Positions 23,697 through 37,104 of a stretch of DNA of 64,000 nucleotides are shown here, piece by piece (position 1 is the stretch's first letter; the number at the start of each line of letters is the position of its first letter). The stretch comes from Octopus sinensis. Taxonomy: Eukaryota. Below the pieces are notes generated by a model that worked only from the letters and a program-made list of their open reading frames with translations, was not told the DNA's origin and made no database searches. The position numbers and the translations under genes were made by a program. The stretch spans positions 69,440,001-69,504,000 of the forward strand of contig NC_043004.1 in NCBI RefSeq assembly GCF_006345805.1, in the 5' to 3' direction.

Positions 23697-23886
23697 CACA
23701 CACACACTAGTATTTATAATCATCTAAAAACATTAAAATCTGTTGTACTCATTTTTCTTGGTGCCAAATTTTTTCTGTCGCACCACTGGAACCTGACTCA
23801 GTTCCACTGGCGTCGTTTGAAATTACAATACTGGTGAGCCTTTGAAAGGTCTTAATGGTTTTTTTTCCTTTTCTTTTGTAGACATA

Positions 23887-24278
23887 GGCGCAGGAGTGAC
23901 TGTGTGGTAAGTAGCTTGCTTACCAACCACATGGTTCCAGGTTCAGTCCCACTGCGTGGCACCTTGGGCAAGTGTCTTCTACTTTAGCCTCGGGTCAACC
24001 AAAGCCTTGAGTGGATTTGGTTGATGGAAACTGAAATAAGTCTGTCGTATATATGTATATATATGTATGTGTGTGTGTTTGTGTTTCTGTATTTGTGCCC
24101 CCCCCCAACATCGCTTGACAACCAATGCTGGTGTGTTTACGTCCCTGTAACTTAATGGTTCGGCAAAAGAGACCAATAGAATAAGTTCTGGGGTCGATTT
24201 GCTCGACTAAAGGCGGTGCTCCAGCATGGCCGCAGTCAAGTGACTGAAACAAGTAAAAGAGTAAAGAGTAGAAAGAGT
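23887..24278 (+). mobile_element. SINE family A, full length
   Basis: Complete head, core and tail. Confidence 0.9.
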
Positions 24279-24294
24279 ATATGGGTCTGTCTTT

Positions 24295-24660
24295 ATCTTT
24301 TATCTTTTACTTGTTTCAATCATTAGACTGCAGCCATGCTTGGACACCACAGTGAAGAACTTTTAGTCAAATGTATCACCCCAGTATTTAATTTTTTTAA
24401 AGCCTGGTACTTATTTTATCAGTCTCTTTTTGCTGAACTTCTAAGCTACAGGACATAAACACACCAGCACCGGTTGTCAAGCAGTGGTTTGGGGACAAAC
24501 ACGCACACACAAAGATAAACACAGTTTCCCTCTACAATATCCACTCACAATGATTTGGTTGGCCAAAAGCTATAGTAAAAGACATCAAAGTTACATGTAG
24601 TGGGACTGAACCCAGAACCATGTGTTTGGGAAGCAAGCTTCTTACCACACAGCCACACCT
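24295..24660 (-). mobile_element. SINE family A, diverged, tail-to-tail with the previous copy
   Basis: Reverse-complement tail at 24295 and head at 24660. Confidence 0.8.
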
Positions 24661-24763
24661 TCACCTATAGGTCTACTGTAAACTTGTTGTTTGTCCTCAT
24701 AACTATTGTTGTCTTTAGTCACTTCTAGGTTCCATTATTTTGTTTGTGTATAAACTTCTTCAT

Positions 24764-25163
24764 AGGTGCAGGAGTGGCAGTGTGGTAAGTAGCTTGCTAA
24801 CCAACCACATGGTTCTGGGTTCAGTCCCACTGCGTGGCACCTTGGGCAAGTGTCTTCTGCTATAGCCTCGGTCCGACCAAAGCCTTGTGAGTGGATTTGG
24901 TAGACGGAAACTGAAAGAAGCCTGTCGTATATATGTATATATATATATATGTGTGTGTATTTGTGTGTCTGTGTTTGTCCCCCTAGCATTGCTTGACAAC
25001 CGATGCTGGTGTGCTTACGTCCCCGTCGCTTAGCGGCTCGGCAAAAGAGACCGATAGAATAAGTACTGGGCTTACAAAGAATAAGTCCTGGGGTCGATTT
25101 GCTCGACTAAAGGCGGTGTTCCAGCATGGCCACAGTCAAAATGACTGAAACGAGTAAAAGAGT
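24764..25163 (+). mobile_element. SINE family A, full length, young
   Basis: Complete; retains many CpGs. Confidence 0.9.
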
Positions 25164-25734
25164 ATATCCACCAATTTACCCCCCCTCTCTTATCTTTCCT
25201 TGTCTTTTTCCTTCTCTTGTCACACTCTCTCTCTCCTAAATGTGAGTAACCATGTAGCTCTTCCATAATGAGAACCTGCTCTGCTCCAAGCTCTTCCTTC
25301 ATAGCTTAACATAAATAGGGAACATCTTTTCCCTCGGGGTTTGTTGACTTGTGAACTGCATGGTGACCTCAGGAGTGCTGGTGGTACAGAGAAAAGTACC
25401 TAGTACACACTGTAAAGTGGTTGGTCTTATGAAGGACATCCAGCTGTAGAAACTGCCAAAGCAGACCCTGGAGTACGATGCATGTTAAATGATGATGATA
25501 TATGAAATTTGATATACACAAGATTTCAGTTCCGAGTCTCAATGATTGCCTCAAAATACACAGCACACGATACAAGCTTGTCCAACCATTGTATTATCAG
25601 AGCCATGAAACGAAAAGCTGCTCACATTTAAACCCTGTGCCTATTAATAATATTTATTTCTCACCGGATGGACTACATTTTATTGTTGACTCCACCAATA
25701 ACGGAACTGTACACTAATGTATGTATGGATGGAT

Positions 25735-26050
25735 AGATGGCTCAATGACCAGAATATCAAGCTCTCAACCATGAGGTAGTAAGTTCGATTCCCATGTGTT
25801 GTGTTCTTGAGCAAGACACTTTATTTCACATTACTTCAGTTCACTCAACTGTAGAAATGAGTTGTGATATCGCTGGTACTAAGCTGTATCAGCCTTTGCC
25901 TTATCCCTTGGATAACATCGGTGGTATGGAGAAAGGAGGCTGGTATGCATGAGTGACTGCTGGTCTCCCATTAACAATCCTGCCTGGACTTGTACCTCAG
26001 AAGGTAACTTTCTAGGTGCAACCCCATGGTCATTCATGACCAAAGGGCAA
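25735..26050 (+). mobile_element. SINE family C
   Basis: Same head, core and tail as 19372-19700. Confidence 0.8.
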
Positions 26051-26539
26051 AGAGCATCTTTATATGTTGCGATATCATCGTATTGATCAGACTATCAGAT
26101 GTTGTTATACATCACTGGTCACAGTGCACTTAGCATTGTTTTAGCTTTTGAATGATGCCACTCTGTTGGTTAGGCAAGTAGGTCAGCATACACCCAATCG
26201 GAAGTCTATTCCATCACAGGGTTACCCATTGGCAGCTGAGTGGACTGGAGCAACATGAAATGACTGTCTTGCTTAAAAACACAATGCATTGCCTAGTCTA
26301 GGAATTGAACCCATGATCTAGTAATTGTAAGCACAACATCCTACCCACTAGGCCACACGCCTTCACACACAAACACACACACACAGTAGGCTTCCACACA
26401 CTTCCATCTACTAAATTCCTTCACAATGCATTGATCAGCCCAGGGCTATAATAAAAAAAACATTTGTCCATAGTGTTGCACAGTGGGACTGAACCTGAAA
26501 CCATGTAGTTGCAAAGCACACAGCCATTCCTGCTCTTAT

Positions 26540-26950
26540 ATTCTTTTACCTTTTTACTTGTTTCAGTCATTTGACTGTGGTCATGCTGGAGCTCCGCCTT
26601 TAGTCGAACAAATCAACCCCAGGACTTATTTTTTTGCAAGCCTAGTACTTATTCTATCGGTCTCTTTTGTCGAACCGCTAGGTTATGGGGACGTAAACAC
26701 ACCAGCATCTGTTGTCAAGCGATGTTGGGGGAACAAACACAGACATACAAACACACACTCACACACACACATATATATACATATATACAGCGGGCTTCTT
26801 TCAGTTTCCGTCTACCAAATCCGCTCACAAGGCTTTGGTCGGCCCAAGGCTATAGTAGAAGACACTTGCCCAAGGTGCCACGCAGTGGGACTGAACCTGG
26901 AACCATGTGGTTGGTAAGCAGGCTACTTACCACACAGCCACTCCTGCACC
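26540..26950 (-). mobile_element. SINE family A, full length
   Basis: Complete reverse-complement copy. Confidence 0.9.
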
Positions 26951-27513
26951 TGTCATACATACATTTAATTTGTATTCTCACGCATTTTCACTTACCTACA
27001 TTGAAAATAAAAGAATAAGAAAAAAATCACATGAGCCCAAAGAGGATCTGGTGCCCCAACTCTATACATATGTCATGTTGTCATCTGCTCCTCCCCCAAG
27101 ATGGGATGTACTTTGCTGTTTGAAATCCACATCAGATGTGTTTATAATGAAAGCACGAAAGCTGTTTTTACAAGATTCCCTCCTCTCCCCCTATATCCTC
27201 CGTTTTCCCTCTCCCCCCTCTCTCTCCCTCTCCCCCACCCTTTTCTTTATGTCAGTCATTCAGTCATGTATTGTTTCTTTAACTTTTTTACTACTACTAC
27301 TACTAACTCCACCACCACTCCGTTCTCATAAAGCCTTATCAATACTAAAAGATGGTGACGGGGGGGGGGGTTAGAATCGGTGGAGCATCCAACAACGTGC
27401 TTTGTGGTATTTTGTTGTAGCTCCTCCCAATTTTTCTCAGTGTCAACTTTACTCTTCGTTCTATTGGGGTGATTGAAATGAAGTGCCAGTCAACTGAGGG
27501 ATGCACACACACA

Positions 27514-27559
<46 letters not shown>

Positions 27560-28281
27560 GCATGCATGCACATATATATCCATGTGTATATAATCATTCT
27601 ACTTCTACTTTCCATGTTGACATGGGTTAAATGATTCTTCCCTGTTCAAGTCTGTTTCTCTTCTGACTTGGTACTCTCCTAAGTGAGTCAGCAGACCAGC
27701 ACTATAGCTACAGGCTGACCAAACCCTTGTGAGAAAATCTGATCGGTGGAAACTGAAAGAAGCTTATAGTATATATATGCCTCCGTGTATCTGTGTGTGT
27801 GTGTGTGCAATTGTCTTGACATTGTGTGATAGCTGTAAATGAGCGTCACTGTCATACAAGCAGTGTCATCCATTTCTGATATTCTGCAAAGACATGTTTC
27901 CAAGCCAGGTAATATTTCCCCCATGGCCAGACAAGTATGGGTTGGGTGACAGGAAGAGCATCTGGCTGTAGAAAACCTACCTCAATAAACTCTGTCCAAT
28001 CCATGAAAGAATGGAAAAGTGGGCATTACAATGGTGATGATGATGATGATTGTGATGAATCTTATATCAATTAAACAAAATCAATTCCCTAGAGTGTACA
28101 CAACCTCTTCTTTCCATTCTTTTCCCAGTCATCAACCAGCCTCATTTCCACCATCTCTCTCTTCTTTCTCTCCTTGTCCAGAACTCTTTCACGTTGCTCT
28201 ACTTCTCTCTTCTCTTCTGTTGTGATCTTCTTATACATGTTTATATGTCTGTAATCGTTTCTGTTTTCCATTTAATAATAA

Positions 28282-28440
<159 letters not shown>

Positions 28441-28734
28441 TAATCTTGTTTTTATCAAAAACAAAAAAAAACAACACTCATTTAATATTCATCAGTCTTA
28501 CTTTTTCCACTGTCACTGTATAGGATGTCAGGGAGAGGCAGCCCATTTCGTGAAAGAACATGTTGCACTACTGGGGTTGGTTCGTCCACTTGGACCCGTC
28601 TCTCATCAGTGGCTCCAAGTAGCTGTTTGCATGCAACAGTGGCCACGACTGCAGTAATCTGCTTCAATTGGTGGGCTAAACCTGGCAACAACAGCCAACA
28701 GGTAACTGTTGGTGAATTAGGGCTTGCCTACCTA

Positions 28735-29241
28735 CCGTAAATCCTTGAGTATAGTCCGCCCTTGAGAATAATACGCAGGGGATTTTTAGGGGGCTGTACC
28801 TCTGAAAAACCTAAACCTTGTGTATAATACGCACCCCTTCTCTAACTTGAGTCAAGGAGGTCTATATAACATCCTTGGTTTGTAAAACTGTATACAGTAA
28901 CATCCTTTATTATTATTGTATATGTAACATAATGCAAATGGGTAGCTTTTTTGGGCATTTTGCTTGCAGAAAATAAAGAAATAACAGTAATAACGTTTAA
29001 TAAGTGTTGCTTACGTTATGGATGATTCTTTTATGACTTCATTGCTTTCAGGCTTAGCTTAAGGTATTTTCGTGCCCGGCATCACAAAATGCGTCTGAAT
29101 AAAAACTGCCAGACAGCAAATAGAGACTTGGACATTGCTTACAAAATATTTTTCATTTTTAACCTCGTATATAGTATGCACTAGGGATTTTGACCATTAA
29201 ATTTTGGGGGAAAAATGCGGATTATACTTGAGAATTTACGG
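28735..29241. mobile_element. Tc1/mariner/pogo-type MITE (507 bp)
   Basis: TA-CCGTAAATCCTTGAGTATAGTCCGC ... GCGGATTATACTTGAGAATTTACGG-TA. Confidence 0.85.
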
Positions 29242-30267
29242 TATGTGTGTGGAGACTGGATCTAGCAGACTCTGCAGAAGAATCCTTCATGGTTTGACAG
29301 AGTGGAAGATGGCTGCAACAAGACATTGTAGAGTGCTGAGAGCAAGATGAGGCAAATAAGACATCTTTGTTATCCACTGTATTTGTTTCCATCTGTCTTC
29401 ATACTTGGTCTTGTGTCACTGAATTGAAACTGGTCAAGGATGAGAGAGTGAAGCTGACATTGTGCAACTCTTCTTCACTTTAAGCAAGGTCGCTACGCAA
29501 ATCATCAGTCACCGTGACTCAATAACCCTCATGGCTCTGACAGACAAACATGATACTGACTACGTACTACTCTCATTCTCTCTTTTACAGAACTGCAATA
29601 TATCTTTACAATTACCAGCTATGTGTCATTCCTTAAACTTTACAATGAGACATAACAAGCAGGTTTTCATTCTGAACAATGCCTCTCTAGAATTCAACTT
29701 ACTTGTGTATCGTCACTCCTGTAAAATACTAACTTCTTGTACTTTCAAGTGTCATTTGTTGTATTTCATGTGATAGATTTCTATTTTTATTTTTCATTGA
29801 ATTTTTTCGTGTATTTCACACAAAACTAAATAAGCTGCAAACTTGGCCAGTCCTAGTAACTACTTATCTAACACGTTATACATTCATGTTTCCCTACATT
29901 AACATTGTTTTACTCAACATTTATACATACATGTTCTGCCCAATATTTATATATATGTTATATACACCATTTATACATGTTTATACATAGATGTGTCCAT
30001 CAGTATTCATAGATAGGTTTTTCTTTGTTGTATCTCAAGAGGGTCATTATGCCAGTAATAACACACCCACGGATGAAATATTCATACATGTGTTTGCTTC
30101 AGTTTTTAAACATATTTCTCTCTTTTTGTATAGAGGTTCTTCTCAGTATTTATACATACATGTTTTCCACACCCTCTCTCTCTTTCGGAGAGGGACAAGC
30201 ACCTACACGCACATATACACACATGCCAGCCATTTATACATATTTCTGCCTGTCTCTCTTTCGCTCG

Positions 30268-30322
<55 letters not shown>

Positions 30323-30361
30323 CATACATGTGTATATATTTATACAAATATCTTCTCTTCA

Positions 30362-30396
<35 letters not shown>

Positions 30397-30399
<3 letters not shown>

Positions 30400-30663
30400 A
30401 AATCTGTTCTGTCTGTCTCTGTGTGTGTCTTCTAGGATCTCGGGCATCCTCCACCCGATTGTGCTGAAATTTGATATGTAGATACCGACAGTACCAGGAC
30501 GTGTATAAGTCTTGAAAAAATTACAAAAATCGATTCCAGATGAGAATGCGATCGATAAAGCCGTGGGAACATGCATTTGTACATGCAAGTACATCAGCTG
30601 TTGCAATCGATACTACGTATATGCGAGAAAAATGCACGTACAGTTTGCGCAAAAAATGCAGTA
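30397..30663 (+). mobile_element. Non-autonomous Helitron-like element
   Basis: TATATAAAA..CTGTCTGTC start, CCGATTGTGCTGAAATTTG body motif, terminal GC-rich hairpin. Confidence 0.45.
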
Positions 30664-31002
30664 TATTTAAGAGACCAAAAAATTAAGATGCAAAAGAGAT
30701 ATTTTCTTTAGACTTGGCACGAAGGAAGGAAAGACTATTTGGTTTCTCAAGAAGTTGTTTTGTTTTTTTTTTATTTAACTTTGTTTAACAAAACCAAAAG
30801 TTTTATTGAAATAAAGGCATGCTTAATTATTTTTTAATGAAAAGAAAACACTGATTGCTTTCTATTCAGCAGATATGATTCAGCACCGTCCATTGGAGGG
30901 GGGGGGGGGCTTTTGCTCGTGTGTATGTATGTGTATATATATATATATAAATAGATACGTATAGATATATAAGAGCACCGTAGTTTGCTTGAAACATTGT
31001 AA

Positions 31003-31459
31003 TGTTGAAGAAGAGGAAAATAGGAAAGCTTTTGAGAATGTGGAAAGTTTCACAAAACCTTTATATTTCTGGTGCAAAGGCTTATCCCCTGCAAAAAAAA
31101 AACAGTTTGGGAAATGTCTAGTTACACAGGTCCCGCTAACCTATACAAATTCCTCACCATTATGTTAGCAGTAGAGCTGTCACTCTCCAAATGTTTGTGT
31201 AATCAACTCTCCAAGCATTGGTGTAAACAAACCTGTAACTGTTGCTGCAGGCAACTCACCATCTGGAGAATGGATTGCACCAACATTTGGAGAGTGATTG
31301 CTACTGCTAAGGTATTTGAACAGGTTAATGGAATCTATAGCTAGACATTTCCCAGACTCTTTTTCTTCTGAGGATGGACCTTTGCGTCTGAAATATAAAG
31401 GTTTTGTGAGACTTTCCACATTGTCAGAAGCTTTCCTATTTCCCCCTTTTTCCCTTCTT

Positions 31460-31464
<5 letters not shown>
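31003..31464. repeat. 462-bp foldback (near-complete imperfect palindrome)
   Basis: Arms 31003-~31223 and ~31257-31464 align as reverse complements along their whole length, e.g. TAGGAAAGCTTTTGAGAATGTGGAAAG vs CTTTCCACATTGTCAGAAGCTTTCCTA. Confidence 0.9.
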
Positions 31465-31512
<48 letters not shown>

Positions 31513-32419
31513 GCATGTGCCATGAGTAATTACTCAGGGTAGGCAGTTGGTGATGTTTATGTAGTAAAACACACAAAAAAAATAAAAGCGAAACACAAGT
31601 GTGCGACTGAGTTGGAGGCAGATTTAATTCTGCTTTTATTGTGCATAAAGAAAATGTTTTTGTAGGAATGTATGCAGCAAGTGTACTACAGCAGTACTAT
31701 ACATAGTTTCAATACTGAGATTGAAAGGCAAGGGTGAATTATGTCTACCTAATCTTCAAAAAAATAAAATATTTTAGGTGCATATTTTGCCATAAAAGGA
31801 AAATGTTACTATCGATCTATTTCATTCAGAGTAGGCACTGCCTACCTTGCCTACCCAGGTGGCACATCCCTGATATATATATTCATGAATCTTTGAGAAA
31901 TTTAAAGGAGACATTTCATGCATCAAGCCTAATTTTGCAAGCCTGTTCTAAGAAATATCCCAATTAAGAAAATTTCTGCAGACTAACAACTCAACGTTGC
32001 TTCTATGCAATTATTTAACTGTCTTATACCGTGAGTTGCATACCAATGAGTGAGCCTCTGTTTGGTCATTTAACCTTCTAAAAATATCAGCTAAATCTCC
32101 CTCAGTTCACTCCCTTATCATCTTAAATAAAGAACACATTGAATAATGCATTCCTAGATATTAACACTGAAAATATGTTGTGGCTAGAGTCACGGATGGG
32201 TGTCTTTGATCATAGGCTTGCTCTGTGGGAGTTTCTGTGAAGCTAAACCACATTTGTTGTGCACAATAGAAATACAATAGCACAGTGTTACCCAGGGTGA
32301 TGTGGTGGCTGTTAGCATTTAAAAGGAGCTGGACAATTTTCAATATTTAGTAATAGGCACAAGCATGTATTATAGGTGCAGATATGACTGTGTGGTAAGA
32401 AGTTTACTTCCCAAATACG

Positions 32420-32460
<41 letters not shown>

Positions 32461-33509
32461 TGCGTGTGCATGTTTATCTGTCTTTTAGTGAAAGGTGTAA
32501 ACATCTACAAGAAAACTATGGACCTATGTTCTTTTGAACAACAAAACAAAAATTATTGTGATATTTGTTCTGCACCAAATTGCTAATACTCCCTCTGTAC
32601 TCTTGCCATCAGATACGCAATTAGCCAGTGATTGATGCTTTAGAAACTTGTGACTAGCAACACTATTTGTTTACTACATGTAGTATAAATCAAAATCAAC
32701 CCATGCCAGCATGGAAGGTGGTGTGGAATTGAACCTGGAGTCACACTGTGACACAAACTTCTTAAACCACATGTCATAATTCATACAATCGATATACCCG
32801 AGACAACTCCATAAGTATGGAATTATATAAATGCAAAGAGATGATACCTGTTCTGTCTCTCTTCTAGAGGAAGGATGATTTGATAGAGATAGATAACCAT
32901 ATCACAGGTAAACCAAAGGAATACTGGAGAACATAAGTAATTAGATTATATCGGAGAGAATATTGTGTTTCATAGACTGATGTTGTATGTAATAGAACTG
33001 ATCCAAGCCTTGCCAACATCAAGAGACGAAGAGTAAATTGATGATGAAGACAAGATAGCCTTCGTTTGGACTTTTTACTTTGATTTCCATTATCTGTCTT
33101 GCATTTCAATCGCATTTATTAATGTGATACTTTCAAGCTGTGTTGTGTCTTAATGCAGTGTGAGTCATTAATGCCTTTCTCTAATTACAGTTAATTGACA
33201 GCCCTTATATGCTTGAATTTAATGAATTTCATTAATGTACTTTTGCTTCTCTCTTGGAAGTTATGGTAGAAATATCTGCACTGTCAGACCACAGTGCCTT
33301 GACCGTCCAGGAAATTTTCAAATGAATTAAGCAAGCAACACCACAATAGGTGCGTGTGCAGATGTGTGGTTAAGAAGCTTGCTTTCCAAATGCATGGTTT
33401 CAGGTTCAGTCCCATTGCGCGGTACCTCAGGCAAGTGTCTTGTACTATTGCTCCAGGCTTGGCGAAGTCTTCTGAGCAGATGTGCTAGATGGAAGCTGAA
33501 AGAAGCCTG

Positions 33510-33549
<40 letters not shown>

Positions 33550-34549
33550 ATGTGTGTATGCTTGTGTCTCTTTGTCTTGACATCATGTGATTGTTGTGAT
33601 CAAATCTCATTCTTTCCCAATATGTCTAGCCATGGGAAAATATTACCTTGTTTAGAAACAGGTACGGGTTAGTGTCAGAAAGGCCACCTGGCTGTAGAAA
33701 AATTTGCCTTGAGAAACTCATCCAACCCATGCGAGAGCATGGAAAAGTAGACCTTAAAATGATAAATGATGATATTGTAGGGTTAAGAAGTTTGCTCTGC
33801 AACTGCATGGCCCTAGGTTCAAGCCTTACTGCATGAAACCATGGAGAGATGTCTTCTACTATAGCTGCAGGTTGCCGAAAGCCTTGTGTGAAGAACTTTA
33901 AGTTGATGAATACTGTGTGGGGGAAATCTGACAGATGGTCTGTACCAATTCATAGCTGCTAAACTTAATTCATTACCTTAACAGCATCACTTGGCCCTTG
34001 GGAACCTTTGGTGCCACCCAAACTGTTCCAAATATTCAGGCCTCTTGGACACTGTCTTTTTCTTCTCTAATATATCAACACCATCACCATTCATCGGTGT
34101 TTAATGTCTACTTTCCATGCTGGTATGGGTTGGATTGTTCAACAGGGGCTGGTGAGCCAGAGGACTGTGCTAAGCTCCTAGTCTGCTTTAGTGTAATTTC
34201 TACAGCTGGATGCCCTTCCTCATGCCAACCACCTTACAGAGTGTACAGGGTGCTTTTTATGTGGCACTAGCACTTGTGAAGTTCCAAAATTATTTACAAG
34301 ACAAGACCCACAACAAAGAGGGCGGTGGCTTTATGCAAGGAGATGATTAAAGGGACTCTGTGTATGTGTGTGTGAATGCGTGCATGAGTGAGTGAAAGTG
34401 TGTGACCTCGTGGTCAGGGTGTTGCACTTACGATCACGAGATTTTGATTTCAATTCCTGGAACTATGCTAGTATGGATTGGTAGACAATATGATAATTGT
34501 GACTAAGGTGGCAAGCTGGCAGAATTGGTAGCATGCCAGGTCGAATGCT

Positions 34550-34760
34550 TTACTCTTTTACTTCTTTCAGTCATTTGACTGTGGCCATACTGGAGCACCG
34601 CCTTTAGTTGAGCAAATCGACTCCAGGACTTATTCTTTGTAAGCCTAGTACTTATTCTATTGGTCGCCTTTGCCAAACTGTTAAGTTATGGAGACGCAAA
34701 CACACCTGCATCGGTTGCCAAGCAATGCAAGGGGTACAAAAACAGACACACAAACATACT

Positions 34761-34816
<56 letters not shown>

Positions 34817-34990
34817 TATACATACATATATACAACGGGCTTCCTTCAGTTTCTATCTTCTAAATCCACTCACAAGGCTTTAGTCGACCCGAGGCTATAG
34901 TAGAAGACGCTTGCCCAAGGTGCCACGCAGTGGGACTGAACCTGGAACCATGTGGTTGGGAAGTAAGCTACTTACCACACAGCCACTTCC
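34550..34990 (-). mobile_element. SINE family A, full length
   Basis: Complete reverse-complement copy. Confidence 0.9.
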
Positions 34991-35214
34991 GCGATCCGTT
35001 TTTATGTTCTGAATTCAATTGCCATTGAGGTTGACTTTGCCTTTCATCCTCTCAGGGTCGATAAAATAAGTACCAGTTGAGTACTGGGGTCGATGTAATC
35101 AAATTATCCCCGTCCCCAGAAATTGCTAGCTTTGTGCCAAAATCTGGAAGCAATATGATGATGATGACTTCAAGTTAAACACCATCTTGACCAACACAAT
35201 ACAACTTTATAGTG

Positions 35215-35670
35215 ACAAATCAACAAGAGAGCTATGTGATCACTGAACCTCCTAAAAATAATAGCCAAATATCCCTCTAAACACACTCTTTATGTCAACA
35301 ACTATCTGAGCCATGCAATGATGGAAAATAGGAGAGTCAACATTAAAAGGACAATAACGACTGAATAAACATTGACGATGATAACTCATTCCCTACAAGC
35401 CAACGTGAGAGGGCTAGTACGTGATTGCTGAGCTTACTAGAAATAACAGCCAAATCTCTATCTCAATTCACACATTCTTTGTCAATGATTCGCATCTGTC
35501 TCATGCAATCATGGAATGTAGATATTAAAATGGCATTGATGACTGAAAGCTCAACACCAATTTGATGACAACGCAATGTATCACATTAGCTACAAACCAA
35601 GAAGAGCTTCTATGTGGTCACTGAGCCTGCTAGAAACAGAAGCTAAATCTCCCTCTAACCACACAACATT
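35215..35670. repeat. Three diverged ~185-190-bp tandem units
   Basis: Motif GAGCT..TGTG.TCACTGAGC.T.CTAGAAA....AGC.AAAT.TCCCTC recurs at ~35228, ~35410 and ~35604. Confidence 0.6.
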
Positions 35671-35679
35671 GTATCTTAA

Positions 35680-36014
35680 TCCCTTACACAGCAAAGATGA
35701 GTTAACTTGTCTTCATCTAATTTATCATTTTCAGAGTGCAATGAGTAAACTTGTCCAAAACATATAATTTCAAAAACAGCCACAAACGAGTTTAAACGGC
35801 AATTCTTGGCATTTCTCGTTTTTATCTGGTTTTTTTTTTTGGTTTTTTTGGGGTTTTTTTCAAACTATGCCCAGATGTCGAGCTCAGAAGATGAGTATGA
35901 ACTTTCTATTAGGAGCTTGGATACATCAGATGAGAGCGCAAGATTGTCTGATGAAAAAAAAATTCGTCTGCAAAGGAAACGTTTTCTCCATGAAAAAGTC
36001 ACTGGGGGAAGGGG
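35680..36014 (+). mobile_element. Internally deleted piggyBac-like element retaining a possible transposase start
   Basis: TTAA-TCCCTTACACAG ... CTGGGGGAAGGGG-TTAA imperfect TIRs; internal MSSSEDEYELSIRSLDTSDE acidic N-terminus. Confidence 0.55.
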
Positions 36015-36153
36015 TTAAATAAAAGAAGGACACAGATAATATTGTCTTATGTGGAACTTAAAAGACAGGGTGATCATGGCCTGAAAATTTTGGATTATTG
36101 GTCTGTCTGCTTGATCAGGGATCACTTGGAAGTCAACAACAACAGTTCTTTAA

Positions 36154-36374
36154 CCCTTTAGCATTTAAACCGGCCATATCCGGCCAAAAGTATTCTGCCT
36201 GTTTTATGTTCAAACTGGTCAGATCTGGTCTCTCACACCAACCCTACAAAATCGTTTTAAAAATTAACAGCTACCTCATCAAAATCTCATAGCTACAAGA
36301 TAATGCATGATTAGTTCAAAACAATGTGGATGAAAAAGCATTAATTTTGGCAGAATAATGCAAACACTAAAGGG
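36154..36374. mobile_element. piggyBac-type MITE (221 bp)
   Basis: TTAA-CCCTTTAG...CTAAAGGG-TTAA. Confidence 0.85.
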
Positions 36375-36804
36375 TTAAGAGTGACATTGTTAACAGTTCC
36401 AGGCGAATATTTCATTTTGTAGAAGCAGAAGAGTAGGAAAAGAACTGATCTCCTTATGAAGCAGGGATGGAGGTGGATTTGAGCATTAATCTATAGAAAT
36501 ATTGATACAGCTATTACATCCTTGTTTAATTACCAGAATTGAGAGAGAGGGAGAGAGAGAGAGAGAGAGTAAGAAGAAGAAATCTGAAATGCTTTTGTAA
36601 AAGTACAATGACAATAATTTGAATTGAACTGAAACCGAAGAACTGAAATTTGATAACTTAAAAACTAACTGTGAAAGCATTTTTCCTTCACAAGTAGCTA
36701 AAGCGTAAACTCGTAGAAATGTTCATCTGAGTTTTACTTTTATGAATTATTTTCAAAGATTTTTCTAAACTGAAGCATCAGTTTTTATCATTAAAGATTT
36801 GTAG

Positions 36805-36849
<45 letters not shown>

Positions 36850-37065
36850 ATGGTCAGTTGTGATAATATAAGTGGTTACCTTTAGAAGCACTTCCATGGA
36901 CAGTGACTATCTGTAAACTACAATAGGGGGAACATAACCCTTGAAAGTTAGTTTTAAGTAAACAGAAAATCTGCAGAAAATTCCCTATTTCCATTGTAGA
37001 GAGCATGAATAATAAAAATTGATTTTTCTGTTACACGCACACACACTCACACATACATATATATG

Positions 37066-37104
<39 letters not shown>

